64,000 bases of DNA from Epiperipatus broadwayi (Eukaryota; Animalia; Onychophora). The notes beneath the pieces were generated by a model. The model worked only from the letters and a program-made list of their open reading frames with translations. It was not told the origin of the DNA and did not search any database. Of the stretch, positions 25,560 to 38,541 are shown piece after piece. Location of the stretch: the NCBI GenBank assembly GCA_028023455.1, contig JAQFVV010000006.1, positions 496,001 through 560,000 of the forward strand, in the 5' to 3' direction. How positions within the stretch are numbered: the first letter of the stretch is position 1; each line of letters begins with the position of its first letter. A program made the translations under genes and the position numbers.

Positions 25560-27720
25560 TTAGCAATCATTCATTCGTCAATATCCATATTATGCAACAG
25601 TTGGAAATAATTAATATCTGCATTATTACACCATATAGTACAGAAATGGCATTATATGAAACATACATAATAAACTGACATTCAGATATGCCGAACACCC
25701 GTCCAAGCTTACAACAAATTGAACTATTGCTCAATGTAATAATCTTCCTTATCATTTTCTCACTATATGTACATAAATAACTATTCACAGAACAAACTAA
25801 TTCAAATACATTACTAAGGTAATTCACTTCACCAACAAGATCCCCAAAGAATCATTTAAATGAACTGACAAAGAGTGCTTTTATTATATCAATGCCAATC
25901 TATTTTGTCGGATAAAAAATGATCTTTTCACAAACGAAATAAACTGGTATTATAATAATAAAAGGTAGGTGTTATAGAGTAATTAATCAAGCATCGATAT
26001 TCGAAAAGACTGAAGCTTTTTATTTGCAGTGATTTTTGTTTTCATATTAATCAAGCCAGCTTACACTTTGGTATATTAATTGGGATGAAATCCTAATGAT
26101 TTTTATGAGCCATGAATAATTTTACACCTTATCAAATACGTAATGTTAAAAATCTAAATGTATTCATGGAGCAAAAAAGTATGAATACGTCACTAAGATA
26201 CCTAACAAGCAAGAGTCCCAAAGAATCATTTAAATGAACTTATAAATAATATCCATCTTGCGTTATATCAAAGCAAATCTATTTTGTCAGATCAAAGATG
26301 ATCACTTTTATCTGATTTTTTGTCTGTTATATAGTAATAAATCAACATATTTGTGCACTTATTACCAAATAATGAGAGAATATTTCATAAAAGCAGGTTA
26401 TTCTAAATTTTTTTGCACAAATCCTATCATCAACATTAGCTATTTTCTAAAAGCAGATTTCTTACGCCAAAACAGACTATTTTCTCTACGCTTTTTATCT
26501 CTTTCTCTATTTTAAATACTAATAACTACTACTTATTATAATAGTGGCTAAAACGGCAATATTTTTTACTATCTTTAATTTAATGATGTATAAATTATTG
26601 GAGATTAAATTAAAAAACTTTCTTTTGAAATAACTTTTTAAATCGTAATCGTATTCAAACTTTATAATGATAAGATGCATCTATTGGTTCAAATTTAAAA
26701 TTTATGTAAGACATCAATTATTATCGATAAAAAAAAAATATTAAAAACGACGAGAATATTTTGTTTATGAAACAATTTTTTTTTTCCAAATTCTATCCGA
26801 GACATTCAAATTTTATTTTTTTGTTATTTTGAAAAATGATCAAATTCACTTACTTGCATTTAAATATTACAATGATTTAATTTTATACTTTTATTTTACA
26901 GATATATTTACATGCATATATATGAACAAGGAGTACAGCATTATACTTTTTAAAAAAAACTCATCCTCAATATTCAATATTGAATTTGCTCCGGCCGTAA
27001 TAAAACAATTTAAATAATGAACATGTTAGCAAGAGTCAGCCATCAGAGAAACAATCAGTATCATCAACTTGCATAGCAACAAACAACATCATGTGATCTT
27101 CTCATATCTTCTTTTTTATAGCAAGCTGCAAGATATATTAAGCAAACAAGATTTGTGATATCCTTCAGTAAAAATACTTAATGCTGAATGGAGCAATACA
27201 ATAAAAAATTCAATCTTGTTACAACATATTTAAGGATCCTGAATAATTTCACCTATCTAACTGCCTTAAATCAAAGATCACTGCCAACAAAACAATGCAA
27301 AGCTGAGATGGTAGTAAAATTTTGCTGAGATAAGTCAGTGTTGCATTCAACAACGAATGTAAATTTCTTAAATACGAACAGTTACATTTACATTGGATGA
27401 CATGTCACTGCTGATGAGGCTACTACCACACGTCACTCTTCTAACGAAAATTTTTTATAGGCTGATATCAATTAAAATACCCAATCAATTCCAATACATA
27501 TTACTAACAGGTATATGTATAAAATTTTATATATTCATACTATTGCCTTTACTGAATAGTAACAATGACTGTTTTTCAATAGATTCATGCTTATTTATAT
27601 ACATACATGAATGTCACCTCTCAAAAACATTTACAAAAAATGCAGATACTTTTATAACCAGCCAATGACTGGTTTGTATCTATTGGCATGTACAAAATCA
27701 GATAGGCTAGTAAGTTTTTC
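25560..27720 (-). mobile_element. Possible fragmented hAT transposase remnant
   Basis: Weak motif echoes (SDMSSN, HCF, SSICC..GRVFG) on the minus strand, interrupted by other repeats. Confidence 0.25.
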
Positions 27721-28071
27721 TCAAGTACTCTTCAATTCCACAGAATTATGAGATAAGGCAAACACACATCAAGAATACTATTAGAAGCGATTATCACTCC
27801 AAGTCTAGTTAATTAGAATATATATCGTAGTGATCGTAGATATACCAATTACTATAACTATTCTGACTTTCCATCTATCCAATTAATGCACTGACTAAAA
27901 AATTAAATGTTATGCCTTTCTCTATTTGTTTGTCACTTCTGAGTTGGACAATTTCTATGTTATCTGATCTCATCCATGAATACAGACATTCTAAAAAGCA
28001 ACAATTATATAATTCTTTGCCCTAGATTTTGGCTGAAAATTAGAAGAAAAAAAAGATAAAACATAACTTAC

Positions 28072-28166
28072 TTTGTTGCAACTGCCGGCTTCTGCTGAAT
28101 AACTTCTTCGTCGCTTGAGGTGGATTCACTCTCTGAATCGGAACCAGTAGCAAAAAACCGAGACAT
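28072..28166 (-). CDS. EIF3C: eIF3 subunit C, first coding exon (MSRFFATGSDSESESTSSDEEVIQQKPAVAT)
   Basis: Recognisable eIF3c N-terminus MSRFF..GSDSES; ATG at 28166 lies 7 nt after an acceptor (tttattgcag|, exon starts 28173); donor gtaagt at 28071; phase 2 joins the next exon in frame. Confidence 0.95.
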
Positions 28167-28547
28167 TTTGATTCTGCAATAAATTATATATGAATTTTTA
28201 CAGTAGTTATTTTTACTATAATATCTTTTGAATTTATTAGCAAATACAATAACCAATTATATACACAATATCATCACAAATGTATAAAAAATGTTCGTAA
28301 GCTAAAGAATTAAATAATTATTTTTCGCTAATATTATATCAAAATGATTAGACAGAGCAATATGTTCACTATTTACATGTCTTTTTTGAACTTAACTATT
28401 ATTATTATGTACAGTTTTAACTGTATAAGAAGACTTCTTCAGAACTGTGCTTTATTATTCTTTATCATTTTAATGTTTATTTTATTAATTTTCGTTTTCA
28501 AATTTGTAAATATTAATTCTTATTAAGCGCGATGTCAGCACGTAATA

Positions 28548-28666
28548 CTTATATAAGGCTAAAACCTTAGTACATGTGCCTTGAGGGCTTAATTTTTTTA
28601 GCAAGAGAGACCTCTACAAATCACAACACTCAAGGCGCATATACTAAGGTTTTAGCCTTATATAAG
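28548..28666. mobile_element. MITE-like element, 38-bp terminal inverted repeats
   Basis: cttatataaggctaaaaccttagtacatgtgccttgag / ctcaaggcgcatatactaaggttttagccttatataag. Confidence 0.75.
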
Positions 28667-28957
28667 TTTTCAAATTTGGTAGTTTATATTTCCAGAAATG
28701 GGAGCATCCATTTTAATTATATAAGGAAAAAGTAAATATTAATAATAGTAAATAAAATTAAATCTATATTCCCCATCCAGAAGTTTGACAAAACTAATCT
28801 AAATGGGATGAGGTAAGATTTTGACTATTTCTAACATTAATCATATATTATAGTGACCAAACAGTTATTCTTGTTATTAATTAATCTACTAAACCTAGAT
28901 ATAACTGAAACACAGGCTTCTTATATACCTGTGTCTATATATGTAACATATAGAGTG

Positions 28958-29369
28958 TATGAGCACAGACTTTCACACGACCCACCACTCTCCACACTAT
29001 ATGTATTAAATGGATTATATCCTGTACATGAGGGGTCAGATTGACCTTAGGTCAACATGGGTGTGACAAGAATCTCGGCCTCAGGGTGGCCTTTGAGCAT
29101 TCCATCATCAGATTTTCAATTGGATAGATGGTTGAAGAGTTGGAGTGTGGAGTAGATTGAAGCCTGTCCATTCAACTATGAGGTTTGGCTATCTTAATAT
29201 ATATCTGAGCACTTATGGCATATATGTGTAGAGATGGTAATCAGGACCAACTGATTATTGCTGGTTTAGCATAAAATACGTATATTGATGATTATTTATC
29301 TTTTCAGCATATGTGTTCGAGTGTATCAGTGTTATGAAATAGTGGGTCGCGTGAAAGTCTGTGCTCATA
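28958..29369. mobile_element. Repeat bounded by ~28-bp inverted repeats; internal part related to 57380-57530
   Basis: tatgagcacagactttcacacgacccac / gtgggtcgcgtgaaagtctgtgctcata; shared ccaactgat..tgctggtttag. Confidence 0.6.
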
Positions 29370-32342
29370 AACCTAGTTATATATTTTTTTTTCTGTGAAA
29401 ATGATTAATTACCTAGAATGAATGACTTTCCTTATTAATTTTTTTTTTTTAATTACAAATATTTAAGCTAGAGCTATGATCTTTTGAATTCGTTTATTAT
29501 TTACAAAATATATATTAATTTGAATTATATTTCTTAGAAAAGATTACCAAGGTATGAAGTTTTTTCATGGGGTTTGGAATGGGGATATTAATTATTAATC
29601 TTTTGAAATGATAGAAAATCATCCTTGTCTTTCATTACTATATTTATTTAAATTTATTAAGCGCAAGCAATTGACATAGCCTTTCACGTTATTATATTTA
29701 TTTTAGTGTTATATTATATTTCTTTGTTTATTAAATATTATTGAGTTATTAATTTGATCTCTACTTAATCATTATTTTCCTACATTCATGCTAATAAATA
29801 AACAGACTAGTCATTAACAGTCATACAACATTTTTTTATATATATATGTGTTGATATTAGAAATATTTTAGAAATATATTTTCATTGGTCATTGATTATA
29901 TAGAGGCATAATAATAAATAAGATTATTAAATCCATACCTGGAGAGAGCCGATTGCGAATTCTCCCCGAGTTCGAATATCACGGCACAATGGAGGTGGAA
30001 AGAGGGATGAAATGTAGACGAACTGGTCTAAATTGCATTTAAATTTACCTAGTAATCATTGAGCTAGCATACTGAAGATAGATGTAATCATGGGCTCAGC
30101 ATTTCGTTGCACCATCTCCAGCATCCTACCCGAAGACCTCAAGTCTGATTGTAGTAAGATGTGCTCCCTCTTTCTTGTGAAAACCGACATCCCGTTACAA
30201 TACGCACAATAAAAAATTTTTTGCTAAAAAGTGTTTCAAATAAGGCAGGCAAATTGTATTTATATAAAATATCACAGCAAATTAAAGGAAGTGGTAGATT
30301 TAGTTATGTGTATATTGTAAAGGGTAGCTTACAATGCACACATTCCTAAAAAAATCAAGCCTAGTTATTGAACCCAATCCATTTGGAATTTATATTAATA
30401 ATGGGAAGATTATTTGTCTATTATTTATTACATATATACATATAATGCACAATAGATTATTTTATTATAAAATAAAATACGATCAATATTTTACAAACTA
30501 ATATTGTATATATATAAACTATTTGATTAAATAAACTGTAATGTATATATATATTTTTTTTAAATTTAAAATTGAATATTAATTATATAATCAAATGATT
30601 TAAGGATGGCCTGAAGTTAATTGGGTGGGCATGTGTGTGAAAATAAAACTGATTTTATTTTATTTATTTATTTTTATTTGCAATAAATGAAATGTATTTA
30701 AACAATACATATAAAAAATCTAAATGAATTTAAACAATAGACAGTTAAAAATCTTAGCGTTCCTGGAAATCTACGAGCGTGAAATGTATAAAAACAAAAG
30801 ACAGTTACAAATCGTTCTTATTGTTATAGCACCTGTAACAAAAGACAGCAATTAAAAGTAAAATTTAAAACGCTAAAATGGAGTTTTGCTTTTTCTTTTA
30901 TTTAAATTATAAACATTTTTAAAAGTCAAATGCTGTAATTAAAAGTTTACCAAATTCAGAGGAAAGGAAGTAAAATAAGAAGTAAGAATGAGTGATAAAT
31001 TCTTAAATAATTAAATCGTGTTTTAAAAGTTGTTGGAGTAATTTTTTTTTTTACTATTTTAATTTTTTTTTCAAAAAGAATAACGAAAATTAATCTGCTG
31101 AAAATTGGAAAAGAAAAATGAAATAATTTTCTTAATATATATATATAAAGCGCTTCTATATTATCTGATATAAATTTATGATTACAAATAATTATTAAAT
31201 TGTACTTTAATATGAAGATGGGCTAGAGCAAAACATGCTATTGTGTGTCATGGTATTTCCTACCGGCTGCATTAAACCTTTATATATCTATATATATTTT
31301 TCTACTTTATTGTAAACACACAAGAAGATGCCTGCAGTCCAAAGTAAACAAGGATTGGAATACTTTATGGTGAATCAAATGAGGATCAAGATATTTACCA
31401 TTAAACACAACTATAGGAGACACCATTGTACCTATCTATCCTTGCTAAGGAAAATGATTTACTAAGTGAAACTGTTTTGAAGAACAACTTGCCTAACTAT
31501 CAACTACTACTACTTCTATTATGATGATTTTTATGAACTTTGTTCCAATTACAATTTTTAATCAAAGAATCAATATTGTAAATTTTTGTTTATTTATTAT
31601 TATTTTTTATTCATGTTATCTGTTGTATTTTCACACTGATGCTGAAGCCTGATTTTTTTGAGAATTATTCACTTTGAAATTATTCTATTTTCATTGTAAA
31701 TAAAATTTAGGTTAACCCACCTGCTTCACATCAGGTTATCCACATAAATATTGAGGTAAGATTCTCTAAATTTATTTTCATAGGTTAAATTACAACACTA
31801 TACAGAATACACATTATATGTTTTATTTTGTGATTAACCTTGTACATATATTTTCCAGTATGTTTGACTAATCAACTAGTATCTGTCTCTATCATATATA
31901 TAAATTGGAGAAACTTGTTAAATAGATTGTTAACATCTGCAAATATATAACTTAGCTAGCCAGCATCTCCATTATATGAAATAACTAAAGTTTATTTTTC
32001 TATATAATTATGATTTGTAGAGAATGAGTGACAGGTGGATTTCTACTATGGGGTATAAGGGGTGGATTATAATAATCATTAATTAGTAAAATGGTAGAGG
32101 TTCACATGTGACACATGTATATATGATTATTATTATTTTTTATATTTTTTTATCATTACTATTATTGTTATACTTGATATTTATTATTGTTAATAAATGT
32201 TTGAGAGTTTGTATTATTCCGGTCTCTGGTTTATTGAGTTATCCTGACATTCGACAGTTTACAAATAATTATACATGCACACACATCTATTTTTCTTATT
32301 ATATAAAAGTTTGAAAATAAAACAAATGTAATAAATGCTAGT

Positions 32343-33016
32343 TGTAACCTATATATATGTGCAGGAGTTGCTGTGTGTATCTGTTCATACCTGCTAAAGG
32401 AGTTAAAAGCAATATTCTCTCTGGGCTTGAATATTAGGGCATAACGGAATTAAAAAGGGAGAAAAGTGGATGAACTAACCTAAATTGCATTTAATATTAT
32501 TAAATAGGGATAGAGTTAGTCAATTAAAGGGTATGCAATCATTGGTTAAGCATTTCATCAGGTTCTCATTAGCATTCTATCAGACGACCCACAGTCTGAA
32601 CATAGTTGGACGCAACTTTTTTCCCTTCTAAGCCTGGTCGGTCTCTGCAGATTGTTTCATTAGGGGCAATAAATTAGAGCATATTAACTTATCCCACACC
32701 AGACTGCTACATCTGCATAGTAGTACAGTCTGCAAGTTAGTTGACCATCCATTACATCTGGTGCACCATCATTGGACTTGGTTAGTTTATGACTGTTGAT
32801 GAAGAGTACTGTCCATTATACTGGTGTCATCAACTGTTTGGGATTAGTGGTCGTCATTTCGTCCGTTATATCTGGCACCAGCAACGTTTGGGGCTCGATA
32901 GATAGGTGTATCATCACATAAATACTTTGTGTAAGTTGGTCATACATTGTGATCGAACCAGCTGATTGTTGAATCTGATCAATATATCCAAATGAATCAT
33001 CGTCCCGTCCGTTATA
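32343..33016 (+). mobile_element. Possible solo LTR; partial related copy at ~29941-30199
   Basis: Starts TGTAAC and ends ccGTTATA (GTTACA in the 30199 copy); shared internal gatgaa..taaattgcattta; no TSD found. Confidence 0.4.
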
Positions 33017-33615
33017 ATATATATATATATAAAACATTGATATAAAATTTAGCTGTGTTTGTGCAGCTCTGGAAAAGACTACTAAATAGTCAAAACCATA
33101 ATAGAGTACTGTATTAAAAAAGATGCGAAAATAAAAGAAATATGATAAGTAAAATAAGAAACAATTAGAAGAGAATGAAAATTTAACATAATGCATTACT
33201 TATTTGAACATTCTGTTTGGTCACTGCTAATAAAATTCCCAAAATTAAGTATTTCATCAATCATATAATTTCACTAAATTTTTTTTTTCGCTTTACATAT
33301 TAAATTTTTTTATGTATCCCTCCATTATTAAGTTATTTTTGAAGAGGGCCATATTTTCCAGATTATTTTCTTACATATATCTTTATCTGTCATAAGATTG
33401 GGTAATAATTGAACACTAGATGATAATATATTTCAATTCACAGATTATTTTCTGGCCCTCAGTATTCTTCAATAAAGAGCGTTAAATATGTATTTATATT
33501 TTAAATTCATCAGCATGCATGTAACAACCACTCACATTTCTACTTCCAAAAAAAAACAAAAACAATAATACTGTAGAGATGAGTTTTGGAATTATTTCTA
33601 AGACTTCAATATCTA

Positions 33616-33769
33616 ACCAAAAATCACACTTTTCTTTATTTTGCTGTAATATCCTATAAATACAATTTATCCAAACCACTTCGAACACATTTTAGCAAAA
33701 CTCTTTATTTGTATATATATACATACACCTACGTTTCGACTGTCTAAGTGGTTTGGATAAATTGTATTT
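33616..33769. mobile_element. Small Penelope-type insertion with inversion
   Basis: 13-bp TSD acttcaatatcta (33603-15 / 33770-82); 24-bp inverted repeat aaatacaatttatccaaaccactt; antisense gtcGAAAcgtagg resembles an HHR 3' half. Confidence 0.6.
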
Positions 33770-34254
33770 ACTTCAATATCTAGTCTATGTGTAGCTCTCT
33801 AATGTGCTCAATCCTCTTCTATATCTTTCTAATGTCAATATTGCACTTCTTCAATGTCCAGAATCTTTATACTGTAAACAAGATCTGCTTAGCCACCAAA
33901 ACCATTCTCAAGTTCATCATAAAATATATTACGAACTATTGTACTGTTCATTTGTTTGATATTTACAATCCAATAAAGATGTGATTTTCCAATACTAATA
34001 TCTACAGTATCATATTCTGCAACCTAAAGAACATACTATGCTATCATATTTTTGGATTTTTATAAAATATTATTAAATGAAATGTTTCTAATGCATTGGC
34101 AAGATTACAGCTAACAAAATATCACATGATCCCAACTTAGAAAATATTTTTATCTAGCAAACCTATTCTTCTACTCCAATTCTGCCAATTAAGGTTAAGT
34201 TTTGTAATCAATTGATGCCAGCTGATAGTGTTTAATAAATCTGAATCCAGTGCT

Positions 34255-34330
34255 GTTCTATACATATTCCCAGATTAGTTTTTAGCTTATGGTTTCATCG
34301 AAGAGGAGTTTTGGATTTAAATCTAGTGCA
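34255..34330 (-). mobile_element. Degenerate family A fragment
   Basis: atattcccagattagtttttagcttatggtttcatcgaagaggag matches the antisense family A HHR region with several core substitutions. Confidence 0.6.
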
Positions 34331-35431
34331 AACATAAATCAATCTAGAAACATATGAATAGGTCTGCACCAGATAGGGATCTATTAAATATTACCCCATA
34401 CTAAGTGACAGAAGTGGAGAAGAAATAGTACATAAAAGTATTTTATGAACTAGGATTATATGGTGTTTTGTTGATTTTATGTCAATCTTGGCCAAGAAAG
34501 ATAGATCCTACACTTATAAAAAAACTGATGATCCATCTAAGTTGGATGATCCAAAATATTAAGATGTTTTTGAATTTCAGACTTAGCTTGATAACAAAAC
34601 AAAAAAAAAGAGTAAAAAATGACTGCTGGAGGAAAGATACAGTAGATTCAAAAAATACAGGTGAACTAAGTCTAGAGTCAAATTCTTCAGACAAAAATTA
34701 CAAGCTAGAGCTTAGTCTGGGTATAGATAAGAGCAGTGGATGGAATTTTTTAAGTTCTATCATGTGGCATTCATAGAAGACTGAAACACAATTGGTTTAC
34801 AATTTGCAAATATTTCACCATACATTATCCACTTAATTGCAAGTTTTTGTGACTGTAATTTTTAATAATAAGCATCACCATTTCCAACAATTATTTATAT
34901 ACCGCAAGATGAAAATCTCCCCAAGCTTAATCTAATTTCATCAATCCTTAATGTCTCTTCTTCACAATACACCAGCAAAACCTCCTTATTTCATCCATTT
35001 ATCTCGCATGCGATTTCTTTCTAGATCTTTTATAATGTCTTGGGATCTGTTTTAAAATTTATAAATCCAATTATAAAATTTTTGAAAATTTAATAAATTA
35101 ATGCAAACAAGATTCTGTCTACTTTTCATCTCTTTTATTAAGGATCCCAGAATAATGGTTTTAAACTTTTCATTAATTCCAAAAATAATAGAAAATTATT
35201 TAAAAGAACATATACAAAACAAAAAACTGTATAAAAAGACAATTTTGAAAGTTTGAAAATATTAAACCTTATTAGGCTATATCTACTAGTTTTTTCTTAT
35301 AACAAAAGTATTTAATCTTTATTAAAGCTGAGTTTAGAAGAACTTAGTATATTTAAATATTAAGGAATTCTAATGATTTTAATAAGCATATACACACAAC
35401 TTAATGGCTCATCATATATATTAAAGCTATA

Positions 35432-35762
35432 AACCTATTCATGGAGCAAACAAATCCAGATAGTACTAACTTGTAAATAATGCACTTTGTTATATCAATG
35501 ACAATCTATTTTGTCACATAAAAGAATTATTTAAATGAACTTATAAACAATACCCATCTTTTTGTTACATCAATTCCCACCTATTTTGTTAGATTAGTGC
35601 CACTCTTTATTTTGTCACAAAAATTTTTTTATGACAAAATAGACTGGCATTAATATAACAAAAGGGGGGTATTATTTACAAGTTTATTTAAATGATTCTT
35701 TGATAACCTAGCTTGTGAATTACCTTAGTAATTTATTCAGATTTGTTTGTTCCATAAATATT
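35432..35762. repeat. Dispersed repeat family C, fold-back copy (others at ~25782-25975, ~26160-26330, ~63912-64000)
   Basis: Shared core caaagaatcatttaaatgaact...tctattttgtc; this copy has inverted ends tattcatggagcaaacaaatc / gatttgtttgttccataaata. Confidence 0.75.
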
Positions 35763-37111
35763 AAGGAAGATGTTTGTCTGATAATGAAAATGTGACAGCA
35801 AGCTAAAAAGATACTAAGATTTAAAATGAATAAATGGGATTTTAATAAGACTATGATATTTTCCTGTCATTTAAAGTGAAATTAAATCTTTATTAAATGT
35901 TTTGTTTGGAAGATCACTTTATATGGTGCACAATTGGAGAGACAAAAAGGGTGTCTTTACTAGATGTTTTGTTTGGAAGATTACTTTATATGGAGCACAA
36001 CTGGATAAAAAAAAAGGTTATGAAAAGAGATTTTGGATAACAGATTTGGAAAAAAACAAAAATAAGTTGGAATAATAGAATTTGAATTGATGAAGTGGTG
36101 AAAAAATAAAATTTATTGAAAATATTATGAATCAGAAAACATATTCCATTAGCATTTAGAGATTGGAAATTATGAAGAAAAAAAAAATACTTGTATACTA
36201 AACATGCAACGAAAAGAAGATAGGCTTTTTCACATTCGTATCTTTTGAATGTTGTTCTTGTGGCAACCATTTACACAGTTATCAAACATTACAAAATTAC
36301 CGATGCATTAATACGAACGTGGAAAGCCCTCCTATCTTTTCTTCGTTGCAGGAATAGTACACAATACTTTTTAAAAAGGACCAAAAAATAAATATTATAG
36401 GAGATATACACGTATTTCTATAAAATCTACACGCGACGAAGCTTTGACAATAAATTTCAAAAAATGTATAGAAATAGTTTTTTAAAAAACACATACGGGT
36501 AGCACAAGTACCAAAAAAATTATGTCTAGGAATAAAAGAAAGAATTTAACTGAGTGTCTGACAGATTGAGCAATCAATAAGAAAAAAAAAAAGCTTAAAA
36601 ACAATAATCCTAATGTGCTGGACCTGCTTTTTTTAGAAAATTAACTAATAATGATGATAATAGACGAGTTTCGAAATTAGATGGCATTTTTAAGTTTTTC
36701 TATACTTTCATCAAACTTTATTCAATTTTAGTACAAAGAATATAAAAACAAATAATTTTATCAAAAGTTATGCAAAACAAACAGCTGAAGATATGAAAAG
36801 GCCTATATTAGAAACAGGAAAAATTGGCATTTCTACTCAATAGGATTTTTATTATTACAATTAAGATTCATCCATCAAATCTGAAATTACCAATCTCTAA
36901 ATATTATAAGTCTAACAATAACATACAAGTATTTTAACAATCGAAATTTTTACCAGCTATGTGAAAAATAGTATCAAAAATATAGCACCGGCAGCTAAAG
37001 ATAATTAAATTAAATTTCAACTTTTTTTATATATCCATTTTAAAAATTCGTGAGCAAAACTCCAGAAAACATTTTATAATATAATATTGATAAATAGTTA
37101 ACTATAATTAC

Positions 37112-37325
37112 CTTTAAAATATGGTACAACTATTTCTATTAGAACGCAAATGGCGATTTACAAGCGGAAGATGAAAACGTCAGCACTTATTGAGTACACA
37201 ATACACATAAACGGTTCATCATAGAGGTCGCTTTCTAAGCCCAAAGACAAGTCCATGTTTCCTATTCAAGTCTTTTTAATGTATTAAATGAGTAAAGTTT
37301 AAAGTGAGTCTTTTAAATAATTAAG
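37112..37325. promoter_or_regulatory. Putative bidirectional promoter shared by EIF3C (minus; candidate non-coding exon 1 ~37185-37112) and FTSJ3 (plus)
   Basis: Locally CpG-richer patch with CAAATGGCG (37147, YY1-like) and GCGGAAG (37164, ETS-like). The minus strand reads ttttcatcttccgcttg...ttttaaag|gtaatt (pyrimidine-rich start, donor at 37111). The eIF3c ATG exon begins with an acceptor, so an upstream exon is required. Confidence 0.5.
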
Positions 37326-37392
37326 ATGGTAAGGAAGACTAAAATTGCAAAATTACGGCAGGATAAATTCTATAAATTAGCTAAAGAAACAG
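37326..37392 (+). CDS. FTSJ3: FTSJ3/Spb1 pre-rRNA 2'-O-methyltransferase exon 1 (MVRKTKIAKLRQDKFYKLAKETG)
   Basis: Conserved R.DKFY.LAKETG N-terminal motif; donor G|GTAC at 37393; phase 1 joins exon 2 to give GYRSR. Confidence 0.9.
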
Positions 37393-38145
37393 GTACTCTT
37401 TTAAATAAAATTTAACGTTTGTGTGATTGTAAAAACACGTGGCTTTGTCTAAATTTTGTTTTTTTTTTTATTTATAACAATTGCTAGTTCTTTATTGGGG
37501 TTTTTAATTATTTACTAATGACATTTTATTTTGTTTGCTCTTTAGAAAAATCTTTTTAAAATGTAATGTAAAAATTCTTTAATGTTATGTTTTAATCTCA
37601 AAAAGATGGTTAATTTGATTCGAAATTTTAAAAAGGTAATAATCGAAGACAATATTACAAAACTTTATGATTTAAAGCAAGAACGTCAACTTATTTTGTA
37701 TTCACCATTATATACCTTCTAATGTATTTTAGCATTTGTTCCTATTGCCATCATTTAGATTATCGATCATCTGCAGAATGATATTGTTATTTTTTGGATC
37801 CGTAGTTTCCCTTAACTCCAGCAAATCTTATTTCACTCCTTATGTGTTCTTTTGATATCTAGTTTATGATTTCAGGTTTTTTTGTCATTTTCCCTAACAG
37901 CATGTCCATTCCTGCCCCATTTCAGCCATTCAATGATATTTATTGTACAATTTATTCGTATATTGTATTTTTTTCTAATCCCTGTTAATCTCGACGTACA
38001 TTTTCTTATGATTTGCAATATGCTTTGAAACTTAGTATTGCTCAGTTTATTAATTATCCAGATATCATATATATAGAAGTATCGATATAATATATTAAAA
38101 CTTTTTTTGATACATTGACTATATTTCGCTAACTTTATTATTATT

Positions 38146-38348
38146 TTAAGCCAATAAACATCACATGACTACTACTTCTTATGCTTGTGTATAACTGTTG
38201 TTAAAACAGGCAAAACTCACTATACGTATTGCCACGCATAGCAAGCTAGAGTAATCAATGGATGCCAGAAGGCTTGTGCATAAAATCCCCATTTAGTGCC
38301 TACTCATCCAATATCCCTAGATTAGTTTCTGGCTCGTGGCCTTCGTCA
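38146..38348 (-). mobile_element. Family A copy, truncated inside the hammerhead
   Basis: Close match to the 2482-2782 copy, including the terminus ttaagccaataaacatcacatgac; ends at ccttcgtca. Confidence 0.85.
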
Positions 38349-38541
38349 TTAATCATTAGTTTAGCGTTTATCTTTAGTAATGCAGTACTTTATTGCTTTC
38401 ATCTGATTGCTCTTGCGTATCATTTCTTGCAATGCTGAAGCAAATAATGTTGTCATCATTTATTTTCCTCAGTTTGCTTTTTCTTTTATTCCAAACACTT
38501 CCTGTAAAATTTCAATAAAAGTTTTTAGGTATATGAATTAT

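Noticed and set aside
28167-28256. N-terminal extension of the listed ORF 28068..28256 upstream of MSRFF
   Set aside because: It runs through a splice acceptor at 28174-28175 into intron sequence; the conserved eIF3c start is the ATG at 28166.
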